64,000 nucleotides of DNA from Fimbriimonadaceae bacterium (lineage in GTDB: Bacteria > Armatimonadota > UBA10988): NCBI GenBank assembly GCA_020850355.1, contig JADZEX010000091.1, positions 35,755 through 99,754 on the forward strand. The letters are read 5' to 3'. The stretch's first letter is position 1. Every line of letters begins with the position of its first letter. Below, in pieces: positions 1 through 8,635 of the stretch. The position numbers and the translations under genes are program-made. The notes beneath the pieces were generated by a model. The model searched no databases, had not been told where the DNA came from, and was given only the letters and a program-made list of their open reading frames with translations.

Positions 1-919
1 GCCGGACGCCGGCGCAGATGGCGTTGGTGACGGCCCGGCGGTCGACCGGCAGGCCCAGCGCGCGGATCTGCTTTTCGAGGCTGGCCGCCCGCTCGTCGGA
101 CCAGGGGTGCGTCTGAAAGGCGCCGAGCTCGACGGGCTGCGGGCGGCTGCGGTAGAGGCGGTAGAGCCGCTCGAAACAGGTGATCAGCCCGACCGGGTTG
201 AAGCCGGCGCGGTAGGCGTAGAAGCAGCCGGCCCAGTCGGCCTGGGCCTCGGCGTCGACCGAGTGGCCGTTGAGCAGGGCGAGGTGGACGTACTGCACCA
301 TGCCGGCGACATGCGAGACGTCCAGCCCCATGAAAGCGGCGGCGATTAGGGCCAGCAGTTGCTGAGTGTTGTAGCGCTGAATCCGCTGCACCTGCTCCCG
401 CAGGTGGTGGTAGGTGCTGTGGGCCACCTCGTGCGCCAGGATCCCCGCCAACTCGTCATCGCTCTGACAGAACTCGATCATCCCGCGGGTCACGAAGAGG
501 TTGCCGCCCCAGGCACTGAAGGCGTTGATCTCGTCGGTGTCGAGCAGCCGGAACGTGAAGCCCAGCTCCTCGGGCGGGCCGGTGGGCTGGTCCAACCGGA
601 TCTGCCGCGGCCCGACCAGGCGGGCCGCCGTGATGATCCGGTGGGCCATCGCCTCGACCCGCTTCTGCTGTAGCGGGTTCTCCCAGGCGGGCACTTCCTT
701 GGTGTAGAAGGCCACCACCTGCTGGCCCTGACGCAACTCCTCGGCCAGGTCGTAGCGCCGCTCGCCCAGATCGACCTCCAGCGACCGATCGGGCAACTCG
801 GCGTCGGGCCGCAGCAGCGTCGGCACGATCGGCTCGCCGTCGGACCAGCCGGGCAGCCCGGCGCCGAGGACAGCCAGCAGGCAGAGCACGAGGCGGCGGC
901 CAGCCCGGATCGACAACAC
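1..919 (-). CDS. M48-family zinc metallopeptidase, 3' end truncated by window start
   Basis: Own translation of the third minus frame (not in the ORF track because it runs off the window): GTG start at 919 preceded by AGGAG, signal-peptide-like N-terminus (RRLVLCLLAVLGAGLPGW), HEXXH motif HEVAHS. Confidence 0.65.
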   Translation of the reverse strand, partial: MLSIRAGRRLVLCLLAVLGAGLPGWSDGEPIVPTLLRPDAELPDRSLEVDLGERRYDLAEELRQGQQVVAFYTKEVPAWENPLQQKRVEAMAHRIITAARLVGPRQIRLDQPTGPPEELGFTFRLLDTDEINAFSAWGGNLFVTRGMIEFCQSDDELAGILAHEVAHSTYHHLREQVQRIQRYNTQQLLALIAAAFMGLDVSHVAGMVQYVHLALLNGHSVDAEAQADWAGCFYAYRAGFNPVGLITCFERLYRLYRSRPQPVELGAFQTHPWSDERAASLEKQIRALGLPVDRRAVTNAICAGVR

Positions 920-979
920 GCAACTCCTATTCGGGGAGACGCACCCCGGCGGGATTCGTTCCCCGCGACCGCTGCCACG

Positions 980-1831
980 CTACGCGCGGCGCGGCTGTCC
1001 GACCTCCTGCAGCAGCGCCCGCAAAGTCTCTTCCGGCAGGCTCGAGGCGTGGCGTTCGGTCGGGAAGAGCCCGGCGCGGACCTCGTCCTGGTAGTCGGTC
1101 AGGGCCCCCTCGATGGTCTCCGCGAGGCGGGCATACTGCTTGGCGTGACGCGGCACGAAGTCGGCGTAGAGGCCCAGCAGGTCGTGCCACACCTGGACCT
1201 GGCCGTCGGTGTCAGGCCCCGAGCCGATGCCGATGGTCGGCACCGCCAGCTCGCTGGTGACCATCCGCGCCAAGGCCGCGGGAACGCACTCCAGGACCAC
1301 CGCAAAGGCTCCGGCATCGGCCAGGCGGCGCGCCTCGTCGCGGATGGCGTGGGCCTGCTCGCGCGTTTTCCCGCGGACGATCTGCTTGCCGAACTGGTAG
1401 GCCGACTGCGGTGTGTAGCCAAGATGCCCCATCACCGGGATGCCGTGCTCGACAATCGCGGCGACCACCTCGGCCATCTTGCCGCCGCCTTCCAGCTTGA
1501 CGGCCTGCACGCGCCCTTCCTGAAACAGGCGCGCCGCCGATTCCAGGCCCTGCGCCGCGTCGCGATAGCTCATGAAAGGCAGATCGCCCACGACCATCGC
1601 GCGCTGGCTGCCGCGGACTACCATCCGGCTGTGGTAGACGATGTCCTGCAGCGTCACCGGAATCGTCGAGTCGTGGCCCTGCACCACCGTGCCCAGGCTG
1701 TCGCCCACCAGAATCAGCGGCAAGCCGGCGCGGTCGACCAGTTGGGCACTGGTGTAATCGTACGCGGTGACCATCGCGAACTTCTCGTCGCGACGCTTGT
1801 AGTCGGCCAAGTCCTGCACCGTCACGCGCAT
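980..1831 (-). CDS. panB: 3-methyl-2-oxobutanoate hydroxymethyltransferase (ketopantoate hydroxymethyltransferase)
   Basis: Track ORF; translation has classic PanB motifs (MVTAYDY, LVGDSLG, GHLGYTPQS, PTIGIGSG). Confidence 0.9.
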   Translation of the reverse strand: MRVTVQDLADYKRRDEKFAMVTAYDYTSAQLVDRAGLPLILVGDSLGTVVQGHDSTIPVTLQDIVYHSRMVVRGSQRAMVVGDLPFMSYRDAAQGLESAARLFQEGRVQAVKLEGGGKMAEVVAAIVEHGIPVMGHLGYTPQSAYQFGKQIVRGKTREQAHAIRDEARRLADAGAFAVVLECVPAALARMVTSELAVPTIGIGSGPDTDGQVQVWHDLLGLYADFVPRHAKQYARLAETIEGALTDYQDEVRAGLFPTERHASSLPEETLRALLQEVGQPRRA

Positions 1832-1842
1832 CGGGGTCTCCG

Positions 1843-2229
1843 TCAGACCAGCTCGGGGCTCAGCACCGCGGGCTCCTCGATTCGGGTCACGCGGTTGTCG
1901 GCATCGACCTGCACCAACCGCGGCCGGAACTCGGTCAGCTCTTGCTCGGTCAGCCAGCCGTAGGCAATCACAATCGCCAGGTCACCGGCCGCACCCAGGC
2001 GGGCTGCGGCGCCGTTGAGGCAAATCGTCCCGCCGCCGCGCGCGCCGGGAATCAGGTAGGTCTCCAGCCGCGCGCCGGTGTTGATATTGACCACCTGGAC
2101 CTGCTCGTACGGCAGCAAGCCGGCGGCGTCCAAGAGGTCCAAGTCCACCGTCAAGCTGCCAACGTAGTTCAGGTTGGCGTCGGTGATCGTCACCCGGTGC
2201 AGCTTGGCTCGACAGAAAGCCCTCAACAT
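1843..2229 (-). CDS. panD: aspartate 1-decarboxylase
   Basis: Internal ATG at 2229 of track ORF 1843..2496 gives a 128-aa protein (MLRAFCRAKLHRVTITDANLNYVGS...) typical of PanD; GAGGA upstream; the longer N-terminal extension is low-complexity. Confidence 0.85.
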   Translation of the reverse strand: MLRAFCRAKLHRVTITDANLNYVGSLTVDLDLLDAAGLLPYEQVQVVNINTGARLETYLIPGARGGGTICLNGAAARLGAAGDLAIVIAYGWLTEQELTEFRPRLVQVDADNRVTRIEEPAVLSPELV

Positions 2230-2237
2230 CGCCGTCC

Positions 2238-2675
2238 TCACAGGTCCCGTGACAGGAACACCACCGACGGGTCCTCGTTGCCCGGCAAGTAGCGGTCGTT
2301 GAACCCGCAGATGCGGAACCCGCTCTGCAGGTAGAACTCGATCAAGGGCCCGCCCTGCGGCTCGAAGTCCATCAGCACCAGCGCGCCACGCAACTTGGCG
2401 GCGCCCAGCAGGGCCTCCAGCAACAGGCGGCCCTGGCCATGGCCGCGACGGTCGCGGCGGATCGTCAGGTCCATCACCCAGGCCACCTGGTTCCATTGCC
2501 AGAGCTGGCAGCCGCCGACGCCGATCACCTCGTGGTCGGCACTCTCCAAGACCACCCAGGCCTCTTTGCCCGACTCGAAAGCCACCAGGAAGTCGTCGGC
2601 ATTGCGCCCGGTCGCCGTGATCGAGGCGCAGGTTGCGGCGTCGTCGGCGCAGGCCGGGCGAGTGCTACTTGGCAC
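2238..2675 (-). CDS. GNAT-family N-acetyltransferase
   Basis: Track ORF; acetyl-CoA binding-type motif RRGHGQGRLLLEAL; stop lies 9 nt upstream of panD start. Start codon uncertain. Confidence 0.65.
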   Translation of the reverse strand: MPSSTRPACADDAATCASITATGRNADDFLVAFESGKEAWVVLESADHEVIGVGGCQLWQWNQVAWVMDLTIRRDRRGHGQGRLLLEALLGAAKLRGALVLMDFEPQGGPLIEFYLQSGFRICGFNDRYLPGNEDPSVVFLSRDL

Positions 2676-3039
2676 GGTAACTCCGTCCCTGGCCGAGTTC
2701 GGTCAGCTCGGCGGCATACTGCCGATAGGCCGCCGCCTTGCTGTCGTCGACCGCCGGCCGTTGCGACGGCGGCCGCTGCCGGCGACCCTCACCCAGGCGG
2801 TCCAACTCGGCCGCGTACTCCCGCACCGCCCCGCGCTTCAACGACTCCGGCGCCGCGACGCTCGGGCGACCGTGCAGCGCGTCCCGCACACCGGCCGCGC
2901 GGACCACGTCGCGCTCGTCCCAGACTCGCCAGTTGCGCCAGTCCCGCGAAACATCCGGGAGCCGACCCTCGGCGATCCAGCGCAGCAGCGTGTTCTTCGA
3001 CACGCCAATCTGCTCCGCCACCTCAGCCGTGCTGTACAC
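2665..3039 (-). CDS. helix-turn-helix DNA-binding protein (MerR/excisionase-type HTH)
   Basis: GTG start at 3039 preceded by GGAGGA; N-terminal HTH (YSTAEVAEQIGVSKNTLLRWIAEGRLP); C-terminal duplicated EYAAEL..LG.G segments; 3' end overlaps GNAT start by 11 nt. Confidence 0.5.
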   Translation of the reverse strand: MYSTAEVAEQIGVSKNTLLRWIAEGRLPDVSRDWRNWRVWDERDVVRAAGVRDALHGRPSVAAPESLKRGAVREYAAELDRLGEGRRQRPPSQRPAVDDSKAAAYRQYAAELTELGQGRSYRAK

Positions 3040-3070
3040 CAGCGTCCTCCAAGCCGTCCGCTGTCCCTGT

Positions 3071-3084
3071 CCAGGTATACCTGG
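3071..3084. promoter_or_regulatory. perfect 14-bp palindrome CCAGGTATACCTGG in divergent promoter region (candidate operator)
   Basis: Seen directly; lies about 32 bp upstream of the HTH gene start and about 145 bp upstream of the methyltransferase start, flanked by GTACAC/GTGTAC inverted repeats. Confidence 0.3.
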
Positions 3085-3227
3085 TGTACTCACACGGTAG
3101 CGCGTCGAACGCCGGCTGTCAAGGCGGCCCTGCTGCCGGGCGTCCCGCGGCCGCGCCTGCTGGGCTGGCCGGTGGGCTGTCAGAGCTGCGGCGGCGGCGC
3201 AGACTGATCGGTCGGCAGGAGCTGCTT

Positions 3228-3896
3228 GTGAGTTGGCTGACCCGGACTCTGAAGACGGCGGTGTTGCGCTGCGGCTGGGAGATCCAGCGCCGGCCGGATC
3301 TGCTGCAGATCCGCCGGGTGGGCGATCGCGCGGTGCGCGTGCCCGCGGCGCAGTTCCGCGGCGCCAGCGGCCTGCGACTGAATCTCGGCTGCGGCTTCGC
3401 CCCACTCGAGGGGTACGTCAACATCGATGTCCGCGACCTGCCCGAGGCCGACTTCATCGCGCCGGTCACCGACCTGGGTGCTTTCCCTGATGGCTGCGCC
3501 AGCGAGGTGCGGATGGACGCGGTCTACGAGCACCTCTACCACTTCGAGAGACCGCCGGCGCTGGCCGAGTGGTACCGCGTGCTGGCGCCGGGTGGCGAAC
3601 TGCACCTGAACTGGATTCCCGACTTCGAGCTGACGATCCAGCACTACCTGAACCGGCCGCCAGGCCTGACGGGCGAGTGGTTCGACCTGGCGCACGCCGC
3701 CAATCTGCTGTCCGGTCTGTACACCGCGACCGACGTGCCCGAGATGCTCCACAAGGGTCTCTTCACAAAGGCCTCGGTGCAAGCCGAGCTGGAGTCGGCC
3801 GGGTTTGTGGTCGACGCGGTCACCAACCCCTGCTACACCAACGAGCCCTACCCCGTCGCGATGTGTGCCCAGGCCCACCGACCGACCAGCCCCTGA
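3228..3896 (+). CDS. class I SAM-dependent methyltransferase
   Basis: GTG start at 3228 with AGGAG upstream, in frame with track ORF 2439..3896; motif I LNLGCGFAPLEGYVNID and Methyltransf_11-like core. Confidence 0.7.
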   Translation: MSWLTRTLKTAVLRCGWEIQRRPDLLQIRRVGDRAVRVPAAQFRGASGLRLNLGCGFAPLEGYVNIDVRDLPEADFIAPVTDLGAFPDGCASEVRMDAVYEHLYHFERPPALAEWYRVLAPGGELHLNWIPDFELTIQHYLNRPPGLTGEWFDLAHAANLLSGLYTATDVPEMLHKGLFTKASVQAELESAGFVVDAVTNPCYTNEPYPVAMCAQAHRPTSP

Positions 3897-3903
3897 GCGC
3901 CCC

Positions 3904-4014
3904 GTTTCACGTGAAACAGGCCGGGCCGACCATCACGGCGCGAGGCGGTTTCACGTGAAACAGGCCGGACCAGCCGCCACGGCGCGACGGCCGGGGTGGT
4001 GTTTCACGTGAAAC
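3904..4014. repeat. array of 3 palindromic repeats (core GTTTCACGTGAAAC) at 3904, 3948, 4001
   Basis: Seen in sequence; spacing 44 and 53 bp; first two units share extended similarity (..AGGCCGGnCC..CACGGCGCGA..). Confidence 0.9.
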
Positions 4015-4048
4015 GGCCACCTGCCATCGCGCAGGGAGGCGGTCGGGC

Positions 4049-5566
4049 GTGTCGAACCCGGCGGCCATGGGCAAGGTGTCCGAGCAACCCGTCCCCGTCG
4101 CGCCGCGCCGCGGCTGGCTCGTCGCGGCACTCCTGATGCACTTCAGTCTGGGCGGCTACTACCTGGCCCGCCTGCCGCTGTGGGGTGCGGTACCGGACGA
4201 GCCGTTGCATTACAGCACCATCAAGTACGACGCCGAGTTCTTGCGGCAGCCGGTGATCACCAACCCTCGCCCTTGGGCCGAGCCCCTGGCGGTCTACTGC
4301 TTCACCGCCGACCCCGTTGGCGCCGGTGGCCACGGGCCGCTCTACTACTGGACCTGCGTGCCGGTCTTCTGGTTGACCCGCGGGCTGACCGTCGCCGCCC
4401 AGCAGCTGGTGCTGCGCGGCTGGACGTTGTTGCTGAGCAGTCTGCTGCTCTGGTTCGCCTGGCGCGGGCTGCAGCTCGCCTGTCGCGACGACCTGCGTCC
4501 GGTCGGCCCGGCGCTCCTGGTGATCGCGTGTTGGCCGCACCGCTTGATGCTCAGCGCGGTGATTTACAACGACATCGCCGTCGCGACGATGGGGGCGCTC
4601 GCGGTCTGGCTGCTCTGGCGCGCTGCGCCGCTGGCTGGCCGGCGGCCCTGGCTGCTGGCCGGCGCGGCCTTCGGGCTGGCGTTCTTGGGCAAACGCAGCG
4701 GGCTCGTCTTGCTGCCGGGTTGTCTGCTGCTGCCCTGGCTCTGGCCCCGCCAGGAAGGCCGGCGCTGGCGGGCGGCGTGCCGCCAGAACGGTGCCTGGCT
4801 GCTGGGTGCCGCGCTGGTCGGCGGCTGGTGGCTGTGGCGCGACCTGTGGATCTACGGGCGGCTGTTTCCCACCGAGCCGGGGTTTGAGGAGCACTACACC
4901 AACGCGCTGTGGCTCTGGTTCGCACATCCGGAGATCTTCTGGTTCAAGGTCCGTCTGGCGCTCCCGGGCCTCTGGCTGAGCCTCTGGAGCCAGGTCGGCT
5001 GGGTGCCGCTGGACGTCGCCGCGTGGCGTCCCATCGCGCTGGCCCTGTACGGCAGCCTGGCGGTCGCCAGCGGCCTGACCGTGGTCGGCCTGGTCGGAGC
5101 CTGTTGCAGCCGCCGTCGCCGCTTGACGGGCGAGCCGCGCGCACTGCTCGGCAGCGCGGCGGTGATGGTGCTCGGCATGGTCTACGGGGCGCTGCACTGG
5201 GTGGTGCAGTACAGCCTGCACAACCACCAGGAGACCGGCAAGCACGCCCTGGTGGTGCTGCTGCCGCTGCTGCTGCTGGTCGTCACCGCCGGCCGCTGGC
5301 TGGCCGGCCCCGACCGCGTGGCGCCCCTCCTGGTGGCGCTGGCCGTGCTCCTGCTCAGCTTCAACGTCGCCAGCATCGTGCGGCTCGAGGGCTACCTCAT
5401 TCCGACCTGGCGCCCCCCGACGCCAAACCTCGCGGGCGAACGGGTCCGCGACCTGCCGTCCGGGGTGGCGCCGGGCATCTGGCACCGTTACCGCGTGCCG
5501 GGGACCATTCAACGCGGCGGTGCGGTGCCGCCGCCGCCGGCACCGGGGGAGGGTTGGCATGGCTGA
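4049..5566 (+). CDS. polytopic membrane protein, GT-C-type glycosyltransferase candidate (ArnT/PMT-like)
   Basis: Track ORF; many hydrophobic segments, Trp-rich, N-terminal loop with DEP motif; GGGAGG upstream. Confidence 0.45.
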   Translation: MSNPAAMGKVSEQPVPVAPRRGWLVAALLMHFSLGGYYLARLPLWGAVPDEPLHYSTIKYDAEFLRQPVITNPRPWAEPLAVYCFTADPVGAGGHGPLYYWTCVPVFWLTRGLTVAAQQLVLRGWTLLLSSLLLWFAWRGLQLACRDDLRPVGPALLVIACWPHRLMLSAVIYNDIAVATMGALAVWLLWRAAPLAGRRPWLLAGAAFGLAFLGKRSGLVLLPGCLLLPWLWPRQEGRRWRAACRQNGAWLLGAALVGGWWLWRDLWIYGRLFPTEPGFEEHYTNALWLWFAHPEIFWFKVRLALPGLWLSLWSQVGWVPLDVAAWRPIALALYGSLAVASGLTVVGLVGACCSRRRRLTGEPRALLGSAAVMVLGMVYGALHWVVQYSLHNHQETGKHALVVLLPLLLLVVTAGRWLAGPDRVAPLLVALAVLLLSFNVASIVRLEGYLIPTWRPPTPNLAGERVRDLPSGVAPGIWHRYRVPGTIQRGGAVPPPPAPGEGWHG

Positions 5567-7046
5567 GCCCGCACCGCCCTGGCCACGCCTCGTCACCTGG
5601 GCCGTGGGGCTGACGGCGCTGCTGGTGCTGCTGACCTCCACGGTGGTGCCTTTGCGCGTCGGCGATGTCTACATCTACCTGCGAGTCGCCGTGCCACTGC
5701 TGCCGCGGCTGCTGCTGCCGGCGGCGGGGTGTCTGGGTTTGCTGGCCTGGGTGCGCTGGGCGGCCCACGGCACGCGCCGGCGCGTCACGGTGGTCGTGGT
5801 GATGCTGGGGTGGTGGCTGCTGGTCGGGGTGATGGTGGCCCCGCCCGCGGGGCCGGCGGCACCCGTCACGGTGATGTATGCCGACGGCAGCAACAGCTAC
5901 CTGGCCACTGCCCACGAGGTCGGCAACGTCTTCAGTTTCGTCCGCGACTACCAACGCAGCATGCCCAGCCTGCGACTGCACGCTCAAACTCAAGCCCCGG
6001 GCGCGACGCTCGTGCATTGGCTGCCACTCCAGGCGTTGCGGCAGTCCGCGCTGTTTCAAGGGCTGCTCGAGCTCCTCGCAGCCCGGTTCGGGCGCGGCTA
6101 CACGGTGCCAGATTACGCCGTGGCCCAACTTTGGCTCAACCAGGTGCGGTTGACGCCGCCGGAGGCGGCGGCGGGGTTCTGGATCGCCGTGCTCTGGGCC
6201 GGGGCGATCGCCCTGACGGCAGGCGTGTTGCACCGCTGGGCGCTCCACCTGTCGACGCCACGAGCAGCCGCCCTGGCGACGGCGCTCTGGCTCACCGCGC
6301 CAGCCGTCTGGTGCTACACGCCGACCGTCGACGGCCTCTGGGCGCTTGGCTATGTGGTGTTCACGGCCCTCTGTTGGCGGGCCTCGTCGGTCGACTGTCG
6401 ACCGCAGCCCCTGGCCTGGCTGGGTCTCGGCGTCTTGGCTGGGTTCGGGTTGTTCTTCAACCTCGGCTATGTCCTGTTGCCGGTCTGGGCGGCTGGTCTC
6501 CTGCTAAGCCTAGGTGCGCCCGGCAGTCGCCGCTGGAGGTGCCTCGTTGCGCTGGTCGCCGGTTGGCTGCTGGCCTTGCTACTGCTCCACCTGCTGCTCG
6601 GGTACCAGGCCCTGGCGGTCGGCCTGGAGGCTGGCCGGCTGCGGGCGCACTGGTGGGGCCGCGGCCACCTGCTCTTCGCCTGCCTCAACCTCCCTGAGTT
6701 CTGGCTCGGCCTGGGAGTGCCGACGGCCGTTGTGGCCCTCGTTGCCGCCGTCCGCGGCGGGGACGCGGCAACTCGCACCATGCTGCTGCTGCTGCTGGCC
6801 CTGCAGGCCATTCTCAGCATCGCCGGCCTGGTCCGAGGTGAGACAGCTCGGATGTGGCTGTTCGCCATGCCGGTCAACTGCCTGGCCGCCACGGACTACC
6901 TCGACCGCCGCTGGCCAGACCGGACGCTGGCCGCGGACGTCCTGCTCCTGGCCGCTCAGCTCACCGCGGCTTGGGCCATGCTGCTGAACTGGTGTCCCTG
7001 GGGGACCTTTGCGCAGCCGCTCTATGAGGCCAGATTCTGGTTCTAG
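5559..7046 (+). CDS. polytopic membrane protein (second GT-C-like candidate)
   Basis: ATG at 5559 (MAEPAPPWPRL...) preceded by GGGAGGG, overlapping the upstream gene by 8 nt; multiple predicted TM helices. Confidence 0.45.
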   Translation: MAEPAPPWPRLVTWAVGLTALLVLLTSTVVPLRVGDVYIYLRVAVPLLPRLLLPAAGCLGLLAWVRWAAHGTRRRVTVVVVMLGWWLLVGVMVAPPAGPAAPVTVMYADGSNSYLATAHEVGNVFSFVRDYQRSMPSLRLHAQTQAPGATLVHWLPLQALRQSALFQGLLELLAARFGRGYTVPDYAVAQLWLNQVRLTPPEAAAGFWIAVLWAGAIALTAGVLHRWALHLSTPRAAALATALWLTAPAVWCYTPTVDGLWALGYVVFTALCWRASSVDCRPQPLAWLGLGVLAGFGLFFNLGYVLLPVWAAGLLLSLGAPGSRRWRCLVALVAGWLLALLLLHLLLGYQALAVGLEAGRLRAHWWGRGHLLFACLNLPEFWLGLGVPTAVVALVAAVRGGDAATRTMLLLLLALQAILSIAGLVRGETARMWLFAMPVNCLAATDYLDRRWPDRTLAADVLLLAAQLTAAWAMLLNWCPWGTFAQPLYEARFWF

Positions 7047-7112
7047 CCAGCCGTCGGCTCGTGCTAACATGAACCTCACGGAACCGCTGCGGCGGTTCTT
7101 GGAGCAACGGAC

Positions 7113-8420
7113 GTGCGCCAGGTTGTCGCTGCGTTGGTAGGTGGGCTGCTGGTGGCGGGGGCGAGCTGCTCGGCGGCTGCGCCGAAGAACATCATCATGC
7201 TGATCGGCGATGGTTGCGGCCAGCACCACTTCGCCGCCGGTTCGATCTACCGCTTTGGCGCTCCGGGCCGGGCGGCCCACGACCGCTTCCCAGTCAAGCT
7301 GTTCGCCTCCACCTACTCGTCCGAGAGCGGTGGCTACGATCCGGCGACGGTCTGGACCTCGCTGGCCGCGATGCAGGCCAAACCGACCGACTCCGCCGCC
7401 GCCGCCACCGCGCTGGCGACGGGCGTCAAGACCTACAACGCCGCCATCGGTGTCGGTCCGGACAAGCAGCCGCTGCCGAACATCGTCGAACGCGCCGAAG
7501 CCCGCGGCAAGGCCACGGGGGTGGTCAGCACGGTGCCCCTCTCGCACGCCACGCCAGCCGGCTTCGTGGCCCACCAGCCGAGTCGCAGTTCGTATGCGGC
7601 GATCGCCAGCGAGATGATCCTGCGGAGCGCCGTGGACGTGATCATCGGCGGCGGCCATCCGGACTTCGACGCCGCCGGCCGACCCGCGGCGAAGGCCGAC
7701 CCGAACTACGTCGGCGGGGCTGAGACCTGGGCCCAGGTCCAAGCTGGCCGGGCTGGCGCCGATGCCGACCGCGACGGCCGGCCGGATCCCTTCACGCTGG
7801 TCACTGCCCGCTCGGCCGTCGTCAAGTTGGCCAGCGGCCGCACGCCGCGCCGCCTTCTGGTGGTACCACCGGTGCGAGAGTCCTGGCAGGCCGGTCGGCC
7901 GCAGGGCAAGCCGCGCCGGCCGTTCGATGACCCGCTCCTGGCCGCCGTCCCGACCCTCGCCGAAGCCACCGCCGCGGCGCTCAATGTGCTCGACGACGAC
8001 CCCGACGGCCTGTTCCTGATGGTGGAGGGCGGCGCCATCGACTGGGCCTCGCACAACAACGACGCCATCCGCATGGTCGAGGAAGTGATCGACTTCCAGC
8101 AGGCCATCGAGCAGGTGATCGCCTGGGTCGAACAGCGCAGCTCGTGGGAAGAGACGCTGGTGATCGTCACCGCCGACCACGAGACCGGCTGCCTGACCGC
8201 CCCCGATGGCCAGTTGGCGACGGCCCTGCGCGGCCACCGCGGCGAGCTGCCGGCGCTGCTCTGGAACAGCAAGGGCCACACCAACAGCCTGGTCCCGGTC
8301 TATGCCCGCGGCGCCGGCAGCGAGCGGCTGACCGCCGCGGCGACCCGCCGCGATCCGGTGCGGGGCGCCTACCTCGACAACACCGACCTCGCCAAGGCGA
8401 TGTTCGCCGCCTGGCGCTGA
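7113..8420 (+). CDS. alkaline phosphatase (PhoA family), secreted
   Basis: Track ORF; signal peptide; motifs DSAAAATALATGVKTYN and ADHETG typical of PhoA-type alkaline phosphatases. Confidence 0.8.
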   Translation: MRQVVAALVGGLLVAGASCSAAAPKNIIMLIGDGCGQHHFAAGSIYRFGAPGRAAHDRFPVKLFASTYSSESGGYDPATVWTSLAAMQAKPTDSAAAATALATGVKTYNAAIGVGPDKQPLPNIVERAEARGKATGVVSTVPLSHATPAGFVAHQPSRSSYAAIASEMILRSAVDVIIGGGHPDFDAAGRPAAKADPNYVGGAETWAQVQAGRAGADADRDGRPDPFTLVTARSAVVKLASGRTPRRLLVVPPVRESWQAGRPQGKPRRPFDDPLLAAVPTLAEATAAALNVLDDDPDGLFLMVEGGAIDWASHNNDAIRMVEEVIDFQQAIEQVIAWVEQRSSWEETLVIVTADHETGCLTAPDGQLATALRGHRGELPALLWNSKGHTNSLVPVYARGAGSERLTAAATRRDPVRGAYLDNTDLAKAMFAAWR

Positions 8421-8435
8421 GCGGGCGCGCCGGCG

Positions 8436-8544
8436 CTGTTTCACGTGAAACAGCGCTGCACTGGCCCCGCCTGCCCACCTGCTGTTTCACGTGAAACAGC
8501 TCCCGACGGAGCGCGCCACCGACGGTCTGTTTCACGTGAAACAG
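8436..8544. repeat. array of 3 palindromic repeats CTGTTTCACGTGAAACAG at 8436, 8482, 8527
   Basis: Seen in sequence; periodicity 45-46 bp; positions confirmed by CFT-stop/FHVKQ artefact ORFs in the track. Confidence 0.9.
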
Positions 8545-8635
8545 CCGGCCGAGGCGCGGCTTCCCACGGGTCCTGCGGCCGGCAGACTTGACAGCACCGC
8601 CCGCGGCGAGTATCCCTGCCGCGTGGAGTCTGCTG

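Noticed and set aside
2439-3227. 5' extension of the methyltransferase ORF back to 2439, and extensions of panD (to 2496) and the HTH gene (to 3405)
   Set aside because: Extensions are low-complexity and overlap genes on the opposite strand; internal starts with Shine-Dalgarno-like sequences give proteins of the expected family length.
4004-7046. Minus-strand ORFs 4004-5641 (545 aa) and 5397-6248, and plus-strand ORFs 4180-4887 and 5729-6697
   Set aside because: Overlap the two membrane-protein genes, whose translations show coherent TM-helix patterns; the alternatives are Arg/Pro-rich without hydrophobic periodicity.
6579-8444. 621-aa minus-strand ORF
   Set aside because: Antisense to the alkaline phosphatase gene, which has PhoA active-site motifs.
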